Below are positions 41,499 through 51,248 of a DNA stretch of 64,000 nt, piece after piece; positions within the stretch are counted from its first letter, which is position 1; each line of letters starts with the position of its first letter. The stretch comes from an uncultured Gemmatimonadales bacterium (GTDB lineage: Bacteria; Gemmatimonadota; Gemmatimonadetes; Longimicrobiales; Longimicrobiaceae). The translations under genes and the position numbers were made by a program. The stretch is from assembly GCA_963716255.1 (NCBI GenBank), contig OY970303.1, forward strand, positions 3,520,001 through 3,584,000. The letters run 5' to 3'. Under the pieces are notes generated by a model. It had not been told where the DNA came from and searched no databases. It worked only from the letters and a program-made list of their open reading frames with translations.

Positions 41499-41717
41499 AT
41501 GGCAAAGCAGGAAGGAATCGAGGTCGAGGGGGTGGTCACCGAAGTGCTCCCCGACCGCAAGTACCGCGTCAAGCTGGAGAACGGGCACGTGGTCCTGGCC
41601 TACGGGGCCGGGAAGATGTCCAAGTTCAAGATCAAGGTGCTGGTGGGCGACCGGGTGACGCTGTCCCTTTCCCCGTACGACCTGTCGCGCGGGCGGATCA
41701 CGTACCGGCACAAGTGA
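41499..41717 (+). CDS. infA: Translation initiation factor IF-1
   Basis: [35 protein letters not shown]. Confidence 0.93.
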   Translation: MAKQEGIEVEGVVTEVLPDRKYRVKLENGHVVLAYGAGKMSKFKIKVLVGDRVTLSLSPYDLSRGRITYRHK

Positions 41718-41746
41718 GCGGCGCCGCTCCCCCGCGGGGGAGCGCG

Positions 41747-41783
41747 AAAAGGGCCCTCCCGACGTGAGTCGGGAGGGCCCTTT
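41747..41783. terminator. Bidirectional intrinsic terminator
   Basis: AAAAGGGCCCTCCCGAC-GTGA-GTCGGGAGGGCCCTTT between convergent infA and csp. Confidence 0.8.
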
Positions 41784-41803
41784 CAGGCATCCGGCGGCTG
41801 GAT

Positions 41804-42013
41804 TCAGCCGATCGGCGCGACGTTCTCGGCCGCGGGGCCCTTCTGGCCCTGGACGATGTCGAACTCGACGGCCTGGCCCTCCTTGAGGGACTTGAAGCCG
41901 CTGCCCTGGATCGCCGAGTGGTGCACGAAGCAGTCCTTCGCGCCGTCGTCCGGCGTGATGAACCCGTAGCCCTTCTCGTCGTTGAACCACTTCACGGTTC
42001 CGGTGGTACGCAT
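41804..42013 (-). CDS. Cold-shock protein (CspA family)
   Basis: [32 protein letters not shown]. Confidence 0.96.
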   Translation of the reverse strand: MRTTGTVKWFNDEKGYGFITPDDGAKDCFVHHSAIQGSGFKSLKEGQAVEFDIVQGQKGPAAENVAPIG

Positions 42014-42313
42014 ACCGTACTCCTTTGGTGTTGGTCTTGTCAGAGGTCCGGTAGATCCGTACCAGCCGACCGCCTTTGTACTTAGCGGGTGATCACGCCC
42101 CCCGCGACGGGCGCTGCGAGCAAACGAAAAAGGACCGGGACGTTGAATGTCCAGGTCCTGTCCGCACACTGGATGGCCAGCCATTTTCGGCCGCGTTCAC
42201 TCACAAGTTTTGAGTATAACAGGGGCCGCGGAATCCTGCAAGTGCGCGGATGAGCAGGACTCAGGCGGGCTGCTCGTCCGGCGCCGAATTCGGCATTTTT
42301 CAACTGTGGGTGA

Positions 42314-42442
42314 GGGCGTGCCCCCGGCTGGCGCCGGGGTCGGGCTTCGGCTCCGTAGAGCAGCAAACAACGCTGCTCAACGGAGTCGAGCCCCCGCAAA
42401 CTGCCGCGGGGTCTCGCCCCTTCGGGCCGAAATCCCTCACGC
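42314..42442 (+). repeat. Family A repeat, copy 7
   Basis: Full consensus; followed by a family C cluster at ~42474-42570. Confidence 0.92.
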
Positions 42443-42595
42443 AACTACCTTCCCGCAATCAAGATCCAGCCGTTGCCCCCTCTCCCGGAATTGGGAGAGG
42501 GTGGCGAGCCTCAAGCGAGCCGGGTGAGGGCCGCGGTTGTCGTTCTCCTCTCCCCCTTGCGGGGAGGGGGTTCGCCGTTGCCGGCTGTTCCCTAA

Positions 42596-43981
42596 CAGGT
42601 CGCTGAAAAACGGCAGCCTGGAGTGTGACGTGGAAAACTTCCACTCCAGAATCAGCGAAACGGGGCTTTTCCGGCGTATGGGGTGCCCGGTTTCCCGCCC
42701 GTGCAGCCATTTTCGGCGTGCACGGACGCACTGTGCCTCAGGCGAGGGCCTGCAAACCCGGCGCGAGGCGTGCCAGGCGCAGGAGGTTGTACGCGGCGCC
42801 CACGATCAGCGCCTTCTGCGTCAGCTTCCAGCGATCCACGTGGCGGCTCCGACGCATCCCGCCGATCTCCTTTGCCCAGCCGAAGATCTCCTCGATCCGC
42901 TTACGCTTGCGTTGCGAGAGGGCGTACTCCGGCGTACCCATCCGCTCTCGGGCTCGGCTGCGCGCTTCGGCTCCCTTGGCGTCCGGGTCGATCGGCCCCT
43001 CCGGGATCGGCACGTGCGCGCTCACACCGTCCTGATAGGCTGCCTGGAGGAACGGGCCACTGGGATAGCCCCCATCCAGCCCCACCGTGCGCTCCACCGG
43101 CAAGTCGTGCCGAATCCGGCTGCGCTCCAGCAGCAGGAGTGCCTGGTCGCGCTCGCCCGTCCCGTCGGCCTCCACCACGCTGACGTCGATGAGCAGCCCG
43201 TGCCGGTTCTCCATCAGCGCGTTCAGCAGATGGCACAGCCGCGCCGGCACTCCCTTGCTCTTGGTCGCCAGGCGCGCCTCGGGGTCCGTGAGCGAGCGGT
43301 GCGTCGCGTTGGTCCGCTTCTCTTTGCGGAAGTTCACCGAGGGATTGCTCGTGTCGCCGTCCTTCGAGCCGTCGCTGACCTTCTCGTCCGGGCTGCCGAT
43401 CTTGCGCAGGCTCTTCATCGAGGCATAGCTCTCGATCAGGCTGCCATCGATCGAGAAGTGCTCCTGGCTCGCCAGTTCCTCCAGGTACGCCCCCTCGATG
43501 ATCCGCTCGAAGAAGGTGCGCACCAGCCCGTGCTTCTCGAACCGATCCCGGTTCTGCGTGAACGTGGTCGCATCCCACACCCCCGCATGCGGCTCCAGGT
43601 CCAGGAACCACCGGTAAGCCAAGTTCACTCCGATCTGCTCCACCAGCATCCGCTCCGAACGGATCGAGTGCAGCGCCTGAAGCAGCAGCGCCTTCAGCAG
43701 CATCTCCGGCGGGATACTCGCCCGTCCCAGAGCCGCGTAGGCGCGGTCGAACTCCGGACTCATCCCGGCCAGCACCGCATCGGCTCGCGCCTTGACCGCC
43801 CGCAGCGGATGCGTAGGCGAGAGCAGGCTCTCCGGATCGTAGAACATCCACATCGCGTGCTGCTGGCTGACTCGTCCGCGCATCGTGGCTGCTCCCCGAG
43901 AGTGTGAGGACAGGTTTTCCCCAATCTACGACGCCACGCCCTCGCGCGCACGCGCGTGCGCACAAGCTTTTCAGCAACCTG
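42596..43981 (-). mobile_element. Complete IS5-family insertion sequence (1386 bp)
   Basis: Terminal IRs CAGGTCGCTGAAAA / TTTTCAGCAACCTG; CTAA duplicated at 42592-42595 and 43982-43985. Confidence 0.9.
42738..43883 (-). CDS. IS5-family DDE transposase
   Basis: HPLRAVK, GRASIPPE, FSIDGSLIE, GLDGGY, RKRIEEIFGWAK. Confidence 0.92.
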   Translation of the reverse strand: MRGRVSQQHAMWMFYDPESLLSPTHPLRAVKARADAVLAGMSPEFDRAYAALGRASIPPEMLLKALLLQALHSIRSERMLVEQIGVNLAYRWFLDLEPHAGVWDATTFTQNRDRFEKHGLVRTFFERIIEGAYLEELASQEHFSIDGSLIESYASMKSLRKIGSPDEKVSDGSKDGDTSNPSVNFRKEKRTNATHRSLTDPEARLATKSKGVPARLCHLLNALMENRHGLLIDVSVVEADGTGERDQALLLLERSRIRHDLPVERTVGLDGGYPSGPFLQAAYQDGVSAHVPIPEGPIDPDAKGAEARSRARERMGTPEYALSQRKRKRIEEIFGWAKEIGGMRRSRHVDRWKLTQKALIVGAAYNLLRLARLAPGLQALA

Positions 43982-45298
43982 CTAATTCCCTCCCCGCCGC
44001 GCGGCGCCTCCGTCCACCGTCCACACCACCTCGCTCGCGGGCTCGCGGCCGCGGCGCACGGTGAAGCGGGCGGGGGCGCCGGTGGCGAGCGCCGCGCGGC
44101 CCCGGGGATCGGCGGCCAGCATCTCCGGCGCGGGGTGCAGGAACAGGCCGCGGGCGTCCAGCGTGTCGCGGGCGGCGAGCTCCGCCAGGTCGCCCACGTC
44201 CACCACGCGGCCGCCGGTGCGGGCGGGAGCGTCCGCGTAGTCCACGGCCAGGTCGGCGCGGAAGGAGCCGGCGCCGGGGAGCACCAGGACCCCGCCGCGC
44301 ACCAGCAGGTCGCCCACCTGCTCGCCGTTCGCGGGGAGCGTCTCGTAGGCGGCCGGGTCGGCGGCGGCGTACGAGCCCGTGGCGATGGCGTCCAGCGCGG
44401 CGAGCAGCGCCACGAAGTTTACGCGGCGCAGGTACTGCTTTTCCGGGTCGTCGCGCCAGCCGCCGGACTCGATCAGCACCGTGCTCGTCCCCCAGCGCTG
44501 CATCCCGTCGCCGAAGGCGCGCGGGCTATAGCTGTCGTCGTAGCGGGTGACGTGGCCCCCCACCAGCGGCTCCACCGCGCCCCGCACCACGGCGGCGACC
44601 CGCCTGGCCCGCGCGCGGACCTCGTTGTCCGAGCCCGCCTCGTCGAAGGCCGGGGCGAGCAGGGCAATGGCGGCCAGGCGGTCGCTGGAGCCCACCCGCG
44701 CGCGCACGTCCTGGTCGTGCAGGTTGAAGCCGAAGTCCGGGCGGAAGGCGCGCTGCAGCTCGCGCAGGGCGCGGCCCTCCGGGGTGGCCAGGGCGCGGGC
44801 GTCGCGGTTGACGTCGATCCCCATGGCGTTGCGGCGCTGGAAGCGCTCCGCGCCGTCCGGGTTCAGCATGGGGACGGCGACCACCGTGAGGCGGTCGGCG
44901 AGCCGCCGCGCCAGCGGATGCCCCGGGGACTCGGCCAGGAAGCGGAGCACGTCCGCCAGCGCCATGGTGGCGGTGGACTCGTTGCCGTGCATCTGCGACC
45001 AGAGCAGCACCCGCGTGGGCCCGCGCCCGTAGCGCACGGCGTACAGCGGGCGCCCTTCCACCGAGCGCCCCACCTCCTCCCGCCGCATCCCCGCCGCCCC
45101 GTCCACCCGCGGCCCCAGCGCGTCCCACAGCTCGCGGTGGGTGAAGCGCCTCGCCGCGATCGCCTCCACCCGGAAGCGCCCGTGCAGCGCCGCCAGCTCG
45201 GCGGCGAGGCGCGCGGGGTCGGTGGCGGCGTTCGCCTGCGCGCCCGCGGACGCGCAGCCCGCGAGGACGAGGACCAGGGGAAGCAGGGCGCGTCGCAT
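43982..45298 (-). CDS. M14 zinc carboxypeptidase-family lipoprotein
   Basis: LAGC lipobox; HGNE, NPDG, DVNRD, NLHDQ, LIESGG. Confidence 0.88.
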   Translation of the reverse strand: MRRALLPLVLVLAGCASAGAQANAATDPARLAAELAALHGRFRVEAIAARRFTHRELWDALGPRVDGAAGMRREEVGRSVEGRPLYAVRYGRGPTRVLLWSQMHGNESTATMALADVLRFLAESPGHPLARRLADRLTVVAVPMLNPDGAERFQRRNAMGIDVNRDARALATPEGRALRELQRAFRPDFGFNLHDQDVRARVGSSDRLAAIALLAPAFDEAGSDNEVRARARRVAAVVRGAVEPLVGGHVTRYDDSYSPRAFGDGMQRWGTSTVLIESGGWRDDPEKQYLRRVNFVALLAALDAIATGSYAAADPAAYETLPANGEQVGDLLVRGGVLVLPGAGSFRADLAVDYADAPARTGGRVVDVGDLAELAARDTLDARGLFLHPAPEMLAADPRGRAALATGAPARFTVRRGREPASEVVWTVDGGAARRGGN

Positions 45299-45458
45299 GG
45301 GCGTTCCGGGCGCGGCGATGGGGGGTGCGGGGGAGGCCCGCATGATGGGGGATCGGCGGGCGGCGGGCAAGGACGCGCCGCGGCGGTACACGGGTTGCGC
45401 GGGAGGCTGCCAGGCGGGATGGTCCCGCACACGTAGCACGCGACCCGCGAGGAAGCCG

Positions 45459-45797
45459 ATGAGGGAGCTCAGGACGCAGGACGAGGCGGACGCCGCTTTC
45501 GGCGAGGAGGTGGCGCTCGTGTACAAGCACAGCACGCGCTGCCCCATCAGCCTGATGGCGCAGCAGGAGGTGGAGCGCTTCGCGGAGGCGCACCCGGAGG
45601 TGCCGGTGTACCTCGTGGACGTGATCTTCGGCCGGCCGCTGTCGCTGTACCTGGCGCAGCGCACCGGCATCGTGCACCAGTCGCCGCAGGCGATCCTGCT
45701 GCGCGGCGGGGAGCCGGCGTGGAGCGCCTCGCACATGGGGATCACCGCGGACACGCTGGCGGACAGCCTCGGCGCCGCGAGACGCCAGCCGGGGTGA
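45459..45797 (+). CDS. YtxJ/DUF2847-like thioredoxin-fold monothiol protein
   Basis: KHSTRCPIS..HQSPQ..WSASH. Confidence 0.85.
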   Translation: MRELRTQDEADAAFGEEVALVYKHSTRCPISLMAQQEVERFAEAHPEVPVYLVDVIFGRPLSLYLAQRTGIVHQSPQAILLRGGEPAWSASHMGITADTLADSLGAARRQPG

Positions 45798-45917
45798 GCG
45801 AGGGCTTCACGGAGCCCGGGCCCCACCGGCCCTCACCCGGCTCGCTTGAGGCTCGCCACCCTCTCCCAATCCTGGGAGAGGGGGCAACTGCTGGATCCTG
45901 AGAACGGGCAAGCAGTT

Positions 45918-46048
45918 GCGTGAGGGATTGCGGCCCGAAGGGGCGAGACCCCGCGGGCAGTTTCGCGGGGGCTCGACTCCGTTAAGCACGGTAGTATCGT
46001 GCTTTACGGAGCCGAAGCCCGACCCCGGCGCCAGCCGGGGGCACGCCC
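45918..46048 (-). repeat. Family A repeat, copy 8
   Basis: Full consensus; family C palindrome adjacent at ~45829-45885. Confidence 0.92.
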
Positions 46049-46072
46049 GACTCCTGCTCTTGAAGCCCTTCC

Positions 46073-48142
46073 TTACGCCCCCGCCGCCACCTCCCCCGCC
46101 GCGCCCTCGGGGTGCCCGGTCTTCCCGACTCCCAGGTTCCGCCGCAGCAGCGCCGCCGGGTCGGGGTCGCGCCCCATGAACTCGCGGAACAGCTCGCCCG
46201 GGTCCGCCGCGTCGCCGCGCGACAGGATGGCCTCCACGAAGGCGCGGCCCGTCTCGCGGTTGAAGAGCCCTTCGCGCTGGAAGCGCGAAAAGGCGTCCGC
46301 GTCCAGCACCTCCGCCCACATGTAGCTGTAGTACGCCGCCGAGTAGCCGCCGGAGAAGATGTGCGTGAACCCGGTGACGAAGTGGTTGCGCGCGAACTCC
46401 GGGCGCACCGAGAAGCGCCCCATCACCTCCTGCGAGAAGGCGATGACGTCGCCGTCGCGCGCGGGGTCGTAGCGGGCGTGCAGCGCCAGGTCCAGCGTGC
46501 CGTAGCTCAGCTGCCGCATCTGGAAGGAGGCGCCCATGTGGTTGCGCGCCGCCAGCATCTTGCGGTGCAGCTCCTCCGGGATGGCCTCCCCCGTCTGCCA
46601 GTGGCGCGCGAAAAGGTCCAGCGCCTCGCGCTCCCAGGTCCAGTTCTCCATGATCTGCGAGGGAAGCTCCACCCAGTCGCGCGACACCTGCGTCCCCCCC
46701 CGGCCGAACACCTCCACCCGCGAAAGCACGTGGTGGAGCAGGTGCCCGAACTCGTGGAAGACCGTCTGCGCCTCGCGGTGGGTGAGCAGCGCCGGCCGCT
46801 CGCCGTCCGGCGGCGACACGTTGCCGGTGAGCGACGCCAGGTGCGGGATCCACCCCCCGTCCCCGGCGGGGCCGCCGGTCACCAGCCCGCTCATCCAGGC
46901 GCCGGAGCGCTTGGTCTCGCGCGGGAACCAGTCGGCGTAGAAGCCGCCCAGCCGGCTCCCCTGCTCGTCGTGCACGTCGTAGAAGCGCACCTCGGGGTGC
47001 CACACCTCGGCCACGGCGCGCTCCGTCACCCGCACCCCGAAGAGGCGGCGCGCCACCTCGAACAGGCCGCGCTGCACTCCCTCCAGCGGGAAGTAGGGGC
47101 GCAGCTCCTCCTCGTCCAGGTCGTAGCGGGCGCGGCGCAGGCGCTCCGCCGCGAAGGAGGTGTCCCAGGGCTGCAGCTCGTCGATCCCCAGCTCCTCGCG
47201 CGCGTACTCCGCCAGCGCCGCCATCTCCTGCCGCCAGTAGGGACGGGTGCGCTCCGTCAGGTCCTCCTCGAAGCCGATGGCCCGCTCCCCCGTCCGCGCC
47301 ATGCTCTCTTCCAGGCGGAAGTCCGCGTAGTCGCGGTAGCCCAGGATCCCCGCCAGCTCGCTGCGCAGCTCCAGCAGCCGCGCCACCAGCGGGCGGTTGT
47401 CGTGCGGCGCTTCGCAGGCGCGGTTGTGGTACGCCGTGTACATCTGCCTGCGCAGCTCGCGGTTCTCCGCGTACTCCATGAACGGCTGGTACGAGGGCAC
47501 GTGCAGGGTGAAGCGCCACCCCTCGCCGCCGCGCGCCTCCGCCGCGGCGCGCGCCTGCGCCACGGCCGAGGGGGGGAGCCCCCGCAGGTCGTCGGGGTCG
47601 GTCACCCGCAGCTCGAAGGCGTTGGTGGAGTCCAGCACGTGGTTGGAGAACTGCGTCTGCAGGCGCGACACCTCCACCTTGATCTCCTCCACCCGCGCCT
47701 TGGCCTCCGGGGGGAGGTCGGCGCCGGCGCGGACGAACTCGCGCACGCTCTTTTCCAGGTGGCGGCGGCGCACCCCGGTGAGCGTCCGCGCCTCGGGCGA
47801 CTCCGCCAGCGCGCGGATGGCGCTCCACACCCCGTCGTTCAGCGGCAGGCGGGCGAAGAAGGCGGAGATCTCGGGGAGCACCGTCTCGTACGCCTCGCGC
47901 AGCTCCGGCGTATTCATCACCGACACCAGGTGCGTGACCGGGTTGGTGACCCGGTCCAGCCGCTCCTCCAGCTCGTCCAGCCGCCGCAGGGTGTTGTCCC
48001 AGCCGCGCGGCCCCGGCTCCGCGGCGATGGCCTCCAGCTCGCGCTCGGCGTCGGCGAGCGCCTGCCGGACCGCGGGGACCACGTGCTCCGGCCGGATCCG
48101 GTCGAAGGGGATGAGGAAGTCGTAGTCGAGGAGAGGATTCAT
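46073..48142 (-). CDS. prlC: M3 family oligopeptidase A
   Basis: MNPLL, KRSGAWM, FHEFGHLLH, VELPSQIMENW, HIFSGGYSAAYYSY. Confidence 0.88.
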   Translation of the reverse strand: MNPLLDYDFLIPFDRIRPEHVVPAVRQALADAERELEAIAAEPGPRGWDNTLRRLDELEERLDRVTNPVTHLVSVMNTPELREAYETVLPEISAFFARLPLNDGVWSAIRALAESPEARTLTGVRRRHLEKSVREFVRAGADLPPEAKARVEEIKVEVSRLQTQFSNHVLDSTNAFELRVTDPDDLRGLPPSAVAQARAAAEARGGEGWRFTLHVPSYQPFMEYAENRELRRQMYTAYHNRACEAPHDNRPLVARLLELRSELAGILGYRDYADFRLEESMARTGERAIGFEEDLTERTRPYWRQEMAALAEYAREELGIDELQPWDTSFAAERLRRARYDLDEEELRPYFPLEGVQRGLFEVARRLFGVRVTERAVAEVWHPEVRFYDVHDEQGSRLGGFYADWFPRETKRSGAWMSGLVTGGPAGDGGWIPHLASLTGNVSPPDGERPALLTHREAQTVFHEFGHLLHHVLSRVEVFGRGGTQVSRDWVELPSQIMENWTWEREALDLFARHWQTGEAIPEELHRKMLAARNHMGASFQMRQLSYGTLDLALHARYDPARDGDVIAFSQEVMGRFSVRPEFARNHFVTGFTHIFSGGYSAAYYSYMWAEVLDADAFSRFQREGLFNRETGRAFVEAILSRGDAADPGELFREFMGRDPDPAALLRRNLGVGKTGHPEGAAGEVAAGA

Positions 48143-48340
48143 CTGGGTCTGCCCGTCCCGGGAAGTCTTCCGCGCCGGCCCGTCCGGACCGCGGCGCCGC
48201 ACCTGTACTCCGCACCCCCCGGCCAGGGTCCGGGGGCGGTCATCCCGCCGGAGTCAGGAAGCGTGCCCGGGCGGTACGATCCGTGCCTCCCCGCCGCGGA
48301 GCAAGGGGAAAGCTACCGAACCCGGGGCGGAGGCGCACGC

Positions 48341-49186
48341 TTGATCATCGACTGCCACACCCACCTGAACCGCTACGAGCCGTCCGAGCCCGCGTCGCCG
48401 GCGGAGCGCCGCGCGCTGCTGCGCGGGGAGATGGACCGCCACGGCATCGACTTCGCCCTGGTGCTCACCTCGTACCTGGTGAACGAGGACCGCCCCGGCA
48501 CCGCCGAGGTGCTGGAGCTGCTGGACGGCGACCCGCGCTTCGGGGTGGTGGCGGGGGTCCCCTGGCCGCAGGTGGAGGCGGGCGACTTCGCGGAGCTGCG
48601 GGAACTGCTGGCGGCGGGGCGCCTGCGGGGGCTCAAGCTGTACCCGGGGTACGCGCCCTTCGCCCTCTCGGACCCGCGCATGCGGCCGGTGTACGAGCTG
48701 GCGGCCGCGTCCGGGGTGCCGGTGATGATCCACACCGGCGACACCTTCGCCCGGCAGGCCAAGGTCAAGTACGCCCACCCGCTCCAGGTGGACGAGGTCG
48801 CGGTGGAGTTCCCCGAGACCACCTTCGTGCTCTGCCACCTGGGGAACCCCTGGTTCATGGACGCGGCCGAGGTGGTCTACAAGAACGAGAACGTGCTGGC
48901 CGACGTGTCCGGCCTCACCCTGGGCGAGTGGGAGCCGCGCTTCGAAAAGGTGGCGCGCGCGCGGCTGGACGAGGCCGTGGCCTACGTCAACGACCCCACC
49001 AAGTTCCTCTTCGGCACCGACTGGCCCATCTCCGCCATGGGCGGCTACCTGCGCTTCGTGGCGACGCTGGAGCTCACGCCGGACGAGCGCGAGGGGCTCA
49101 TGTGGCGCAACGCCGCGCGCGTCTTCCGGCTGGACACGAGCGCGTTCGGCGCCGGCGGCAAGGGGGCGGATGCCGCTGCCCCCTGA
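48341..49186 (+). CDS. Amidohydrolase-family protein
   Basis: TTG start; IIDCHTH, GLKLYP, IHTG, CHLGNP, FGTDWP. Confidence 0.88.
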   Translation: MIIDCHTHLNRYEPSEPASPAERRALLRGEMDRHGIDFALVLTSYLVNEDRPGTAEVLELLDGDPRFGVVAGVPWPQVEAGDFAELRELLAAGRLRGLKLYPGYAPFALSDPRMRPVYELAAASGVPVMIHTGDTFARQAKVKYAHPLQVDEVAVEFPETTFVLCHLGNPWFMDAAEVVYKNENVLADVSGLTLGEWEPRFEKVARARLDEAVAYVNDPTKFLFGTDWPISAMGGYLRFVATLELTPDEREGLMWRNAARVFRLDTSAFGAGGKGADAAAP

Positions 49187-49880
49187 CCTGCGCGCGGTGG
49201 AGGTGGACGACGAGCGCACCCCGCTCGCCCGCGCGACGCTGGAGCTGATCCACGAGGCCATCGGCGACGTGCAGCCCACCGCCGACCTGCTCACCGAGCT
49301 GGAGGAGCACCGGCGCGGGCTCCCCTCCGGCGGGTGCTACCACCTGCTGGCGCTGCTGAACCCCGAGGGCGAGCCGGTGGCCGCGGCGGCCGGAGTGTAC
49401 ATCGAGGCTTCGAACGCCGGCTTCGTCACCTACCTGGCCGTGCGCGCCGACCAGCGGCGGCGGCGCCTGGGGCGCAAGCTGCGCGACTACCTGATCGAGG
49501 CGTTCCGGGCCGAGGCGCTGCGGGTCCGCGGCGAGCGGCTGGCGTTCACCGTGGGCGAGGTGCGGCACGCCAGCCCCTGGCTGCGCACGCTGGTGCGTGA
49601 GGGGCAGGTGATCCCCTTCGACTTCGGCTACTTCCACCCCTGGATGCCGCTGCGGTCCGAGGGGCGCTACGTCCTGTACCGCGAGCCGGACGGCGACGCG
49701 CGCCGCACGCTTCCCGCGGACGAGGTGCTGCGGCTGGTGTACGGCATCTGGCGGCGGGCGTACCGGATCCGGTATCCCACGCAGAGCGAGACGTTCTGCT
49801 ACATGCTGCGGCAGCTGGAGGCGCAGGGCACGGTGGGCTTCCACGTAGACTTCGCGGAGCTGGCGGGTGGAGCGGGGTAA
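49170..49880 (+). CDS. GNAT-family N-acetyltransferase
   Basis: YLAVRADQRRRRLGRKL acetyl-CoA motif; overlaps upstream gene. Confidence 0.78.
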   Translation: MPLPPDLRAVEVDDERTPLARATLELIHEAIGDVQPTADLLTELEEHRRGLPSGGCYHLLALLNPEGEPVAAAAGVYIEASNAGFVTYLAVRADQRRRRLGRKLRDYLIEAFRAEALRVRGERLAFTVGEVRHASPWLRTLVREGQVIPFDFGYFHPWMPLRSEGRYVLYREPDGDARRTLPADEVLRLVYGIWRRAYRIRYPTQSETFCYMLRQLEAQGTVGFHVDFAELAGGAG

Positions 49881-49906
49881 CGGTTGACGGCTTCTTACGG
49901 CAGGTT

Positions 49907-50035
49907 GGGCGTGCCCCCGGCTGGCGCCGGGGTCGGGCTTCGGCTCCGTAGAGCACGAAACAACCGTGCTCAACGGAGTCGAGCCCCCGCAAACTGCCGC
50001 GGGGTCTCGCCCCTTCGGGCCGAAATCCCTCACGC
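49907..50035 (+). repeat. Family A repeat, copy 9
   Basis: Full consensus; followed by family C palindromes (~50062-50246) and CTATTCC/CTGTTCC heptamers (~50261-50297). Confidence 0.92.
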
Positions 50036-50281
50036 AGCTCCGCGCCGGCGTCCGCTGGGGGCCCCCACCCGGCTCGCTTGAGGCTCGCCACCCTCCCCCG
50101 TTCCGGGGGAGGGGAATTTCCACGCTGCGATCCCCGCCCTCGTCGTGTCGTGCTCCCCCTCTCCCCTCGTGGGAGAGGGGCCGGGGGGTGAGGGGTGCCG
50201 TCGCCATGCTCCCCTCCCCCTTGCGGGGAGGGGTCGGGGGAGGGGGTCCGCCGTCGCAGGCTATTCCCTATTCCCTATTCC

Positions 50282-50968
50282 CTATTCCCTGTTCCCTGCT
50301 TTCCCGATCGTCCGCACCCCGATGGTCGTCCCCTGCATGCAGGTGGAGATCTCCGCCACCGTGCCCACCACCGTCACCCGGTCGCCCGGCTTGAAGCCGC
50401 CGGTGTCCCCGGCCAGGGTGTAGAGCCGGCCGTCGTCGCCGCGCAGGGCGGGGCATTCCACGCCCTCGTCCGTCAGGCGGCCGGTCACGCGCACCTCGCC
50501 CGCGCCGGCCGCCGTGCCGCCCGCCGTGTCCGTGTCCATGTTTCCTCCCGCGGTGGTGTCGGCCGGGGCGCGCGAGCCTGAGGCCGGCGCGGTGACCCGG
50601 AAGGTATCGGAGGCCAGCTCCAGCAGCGCGGGCGCATACTGCGCCACGAACACGTAGGGGCGGCCGGGGACGGCGTCGTCCGGCACCCGCACGGCCGCGG
50701 CGCTGCTCCCGTCGCCCCCCGTCGCCGTGCGCGAGAGCAGGCGGTGCTCCGTCCGGGTGGGGCCGAAGCCCACGTCCACCGCGACGTCCGGCGGAAAGCC
50801 GGTGATGCGTACCTTCACGTCGGTTCCCGGCGGGCCCGCCAGCGGCTCCACGACCACCGTGGGGCGGGCGTCGTCCCGCTCCCCGCCGCCCTCCGGGGGC
50901 GAACAGGCGGCTGCATGGACGGCGGCGGCGAGGACGAGCAGCGCGGCGGCGAAGGATCGGGCTGGCAT
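50282..50968 (-). CDS. Lipoprotein with C-terminal DUF5818-like domain
   Basis: AAAC lipobox; GVECPALRGDDGRLYTL..STCMQG. Confidence 0.7.
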   Translation of the reverse strand: MPARSFAAALLVLAAAVHAAACSPPEGGGERDDARPTVVVEPLAGPPGTDVKVRITGFPPDVAVDVGFGPTRTEHRLLSRTATGGDGSSAAAVRVPDDAVPGRPYVFVAQYAPALLELASDTFRVTAPASGSRAPADTTAGGNMDTDTAGGTAAGAGEVRVTGRLTDEGVECPALRGDDGRLYTLAGDTGGFKPGDRVTVVGTVAEISTCMQGTTIGVRTIGKAGNRE

Positions 50969-51248
50969 CGGGCATTCTCCTGGACGGGTCCGGACCACGG
51001 GCGAGGCAGGCAACCCGCGTGCCTCCGCCGTATTCTGCAAGGGCGCGCGCCGCCCTCCGGCGGAGCGGCGGGCGTGTCGGGATGGGCGCAAGCCGAAGCA
51101 TGGGAATGGATTGGGTGCGCGCGGCGGACCCGGGTGGCGGCGCGGCGCGCTCCTTCCATACCGGGGTCGTGGAAGTGTCTCCGGAAGCGCCCGCGCGGCG
51201 CCGCCGGCCCCGCGCCGCCCCTCCCCTCCCCCCCCACGCGCTCCCGGA

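Noticed and set aside
37175..41572. Very long alternative-frame ORFs (e.g. 37175-41572 -, 37555-41439 +, 8880-11447 +, 46112-48340 +)
   Set aside because: They are shadow frames of real genes in very GC-rich DNA, with Arg/Gly/Pro-rich translations and no motifs.
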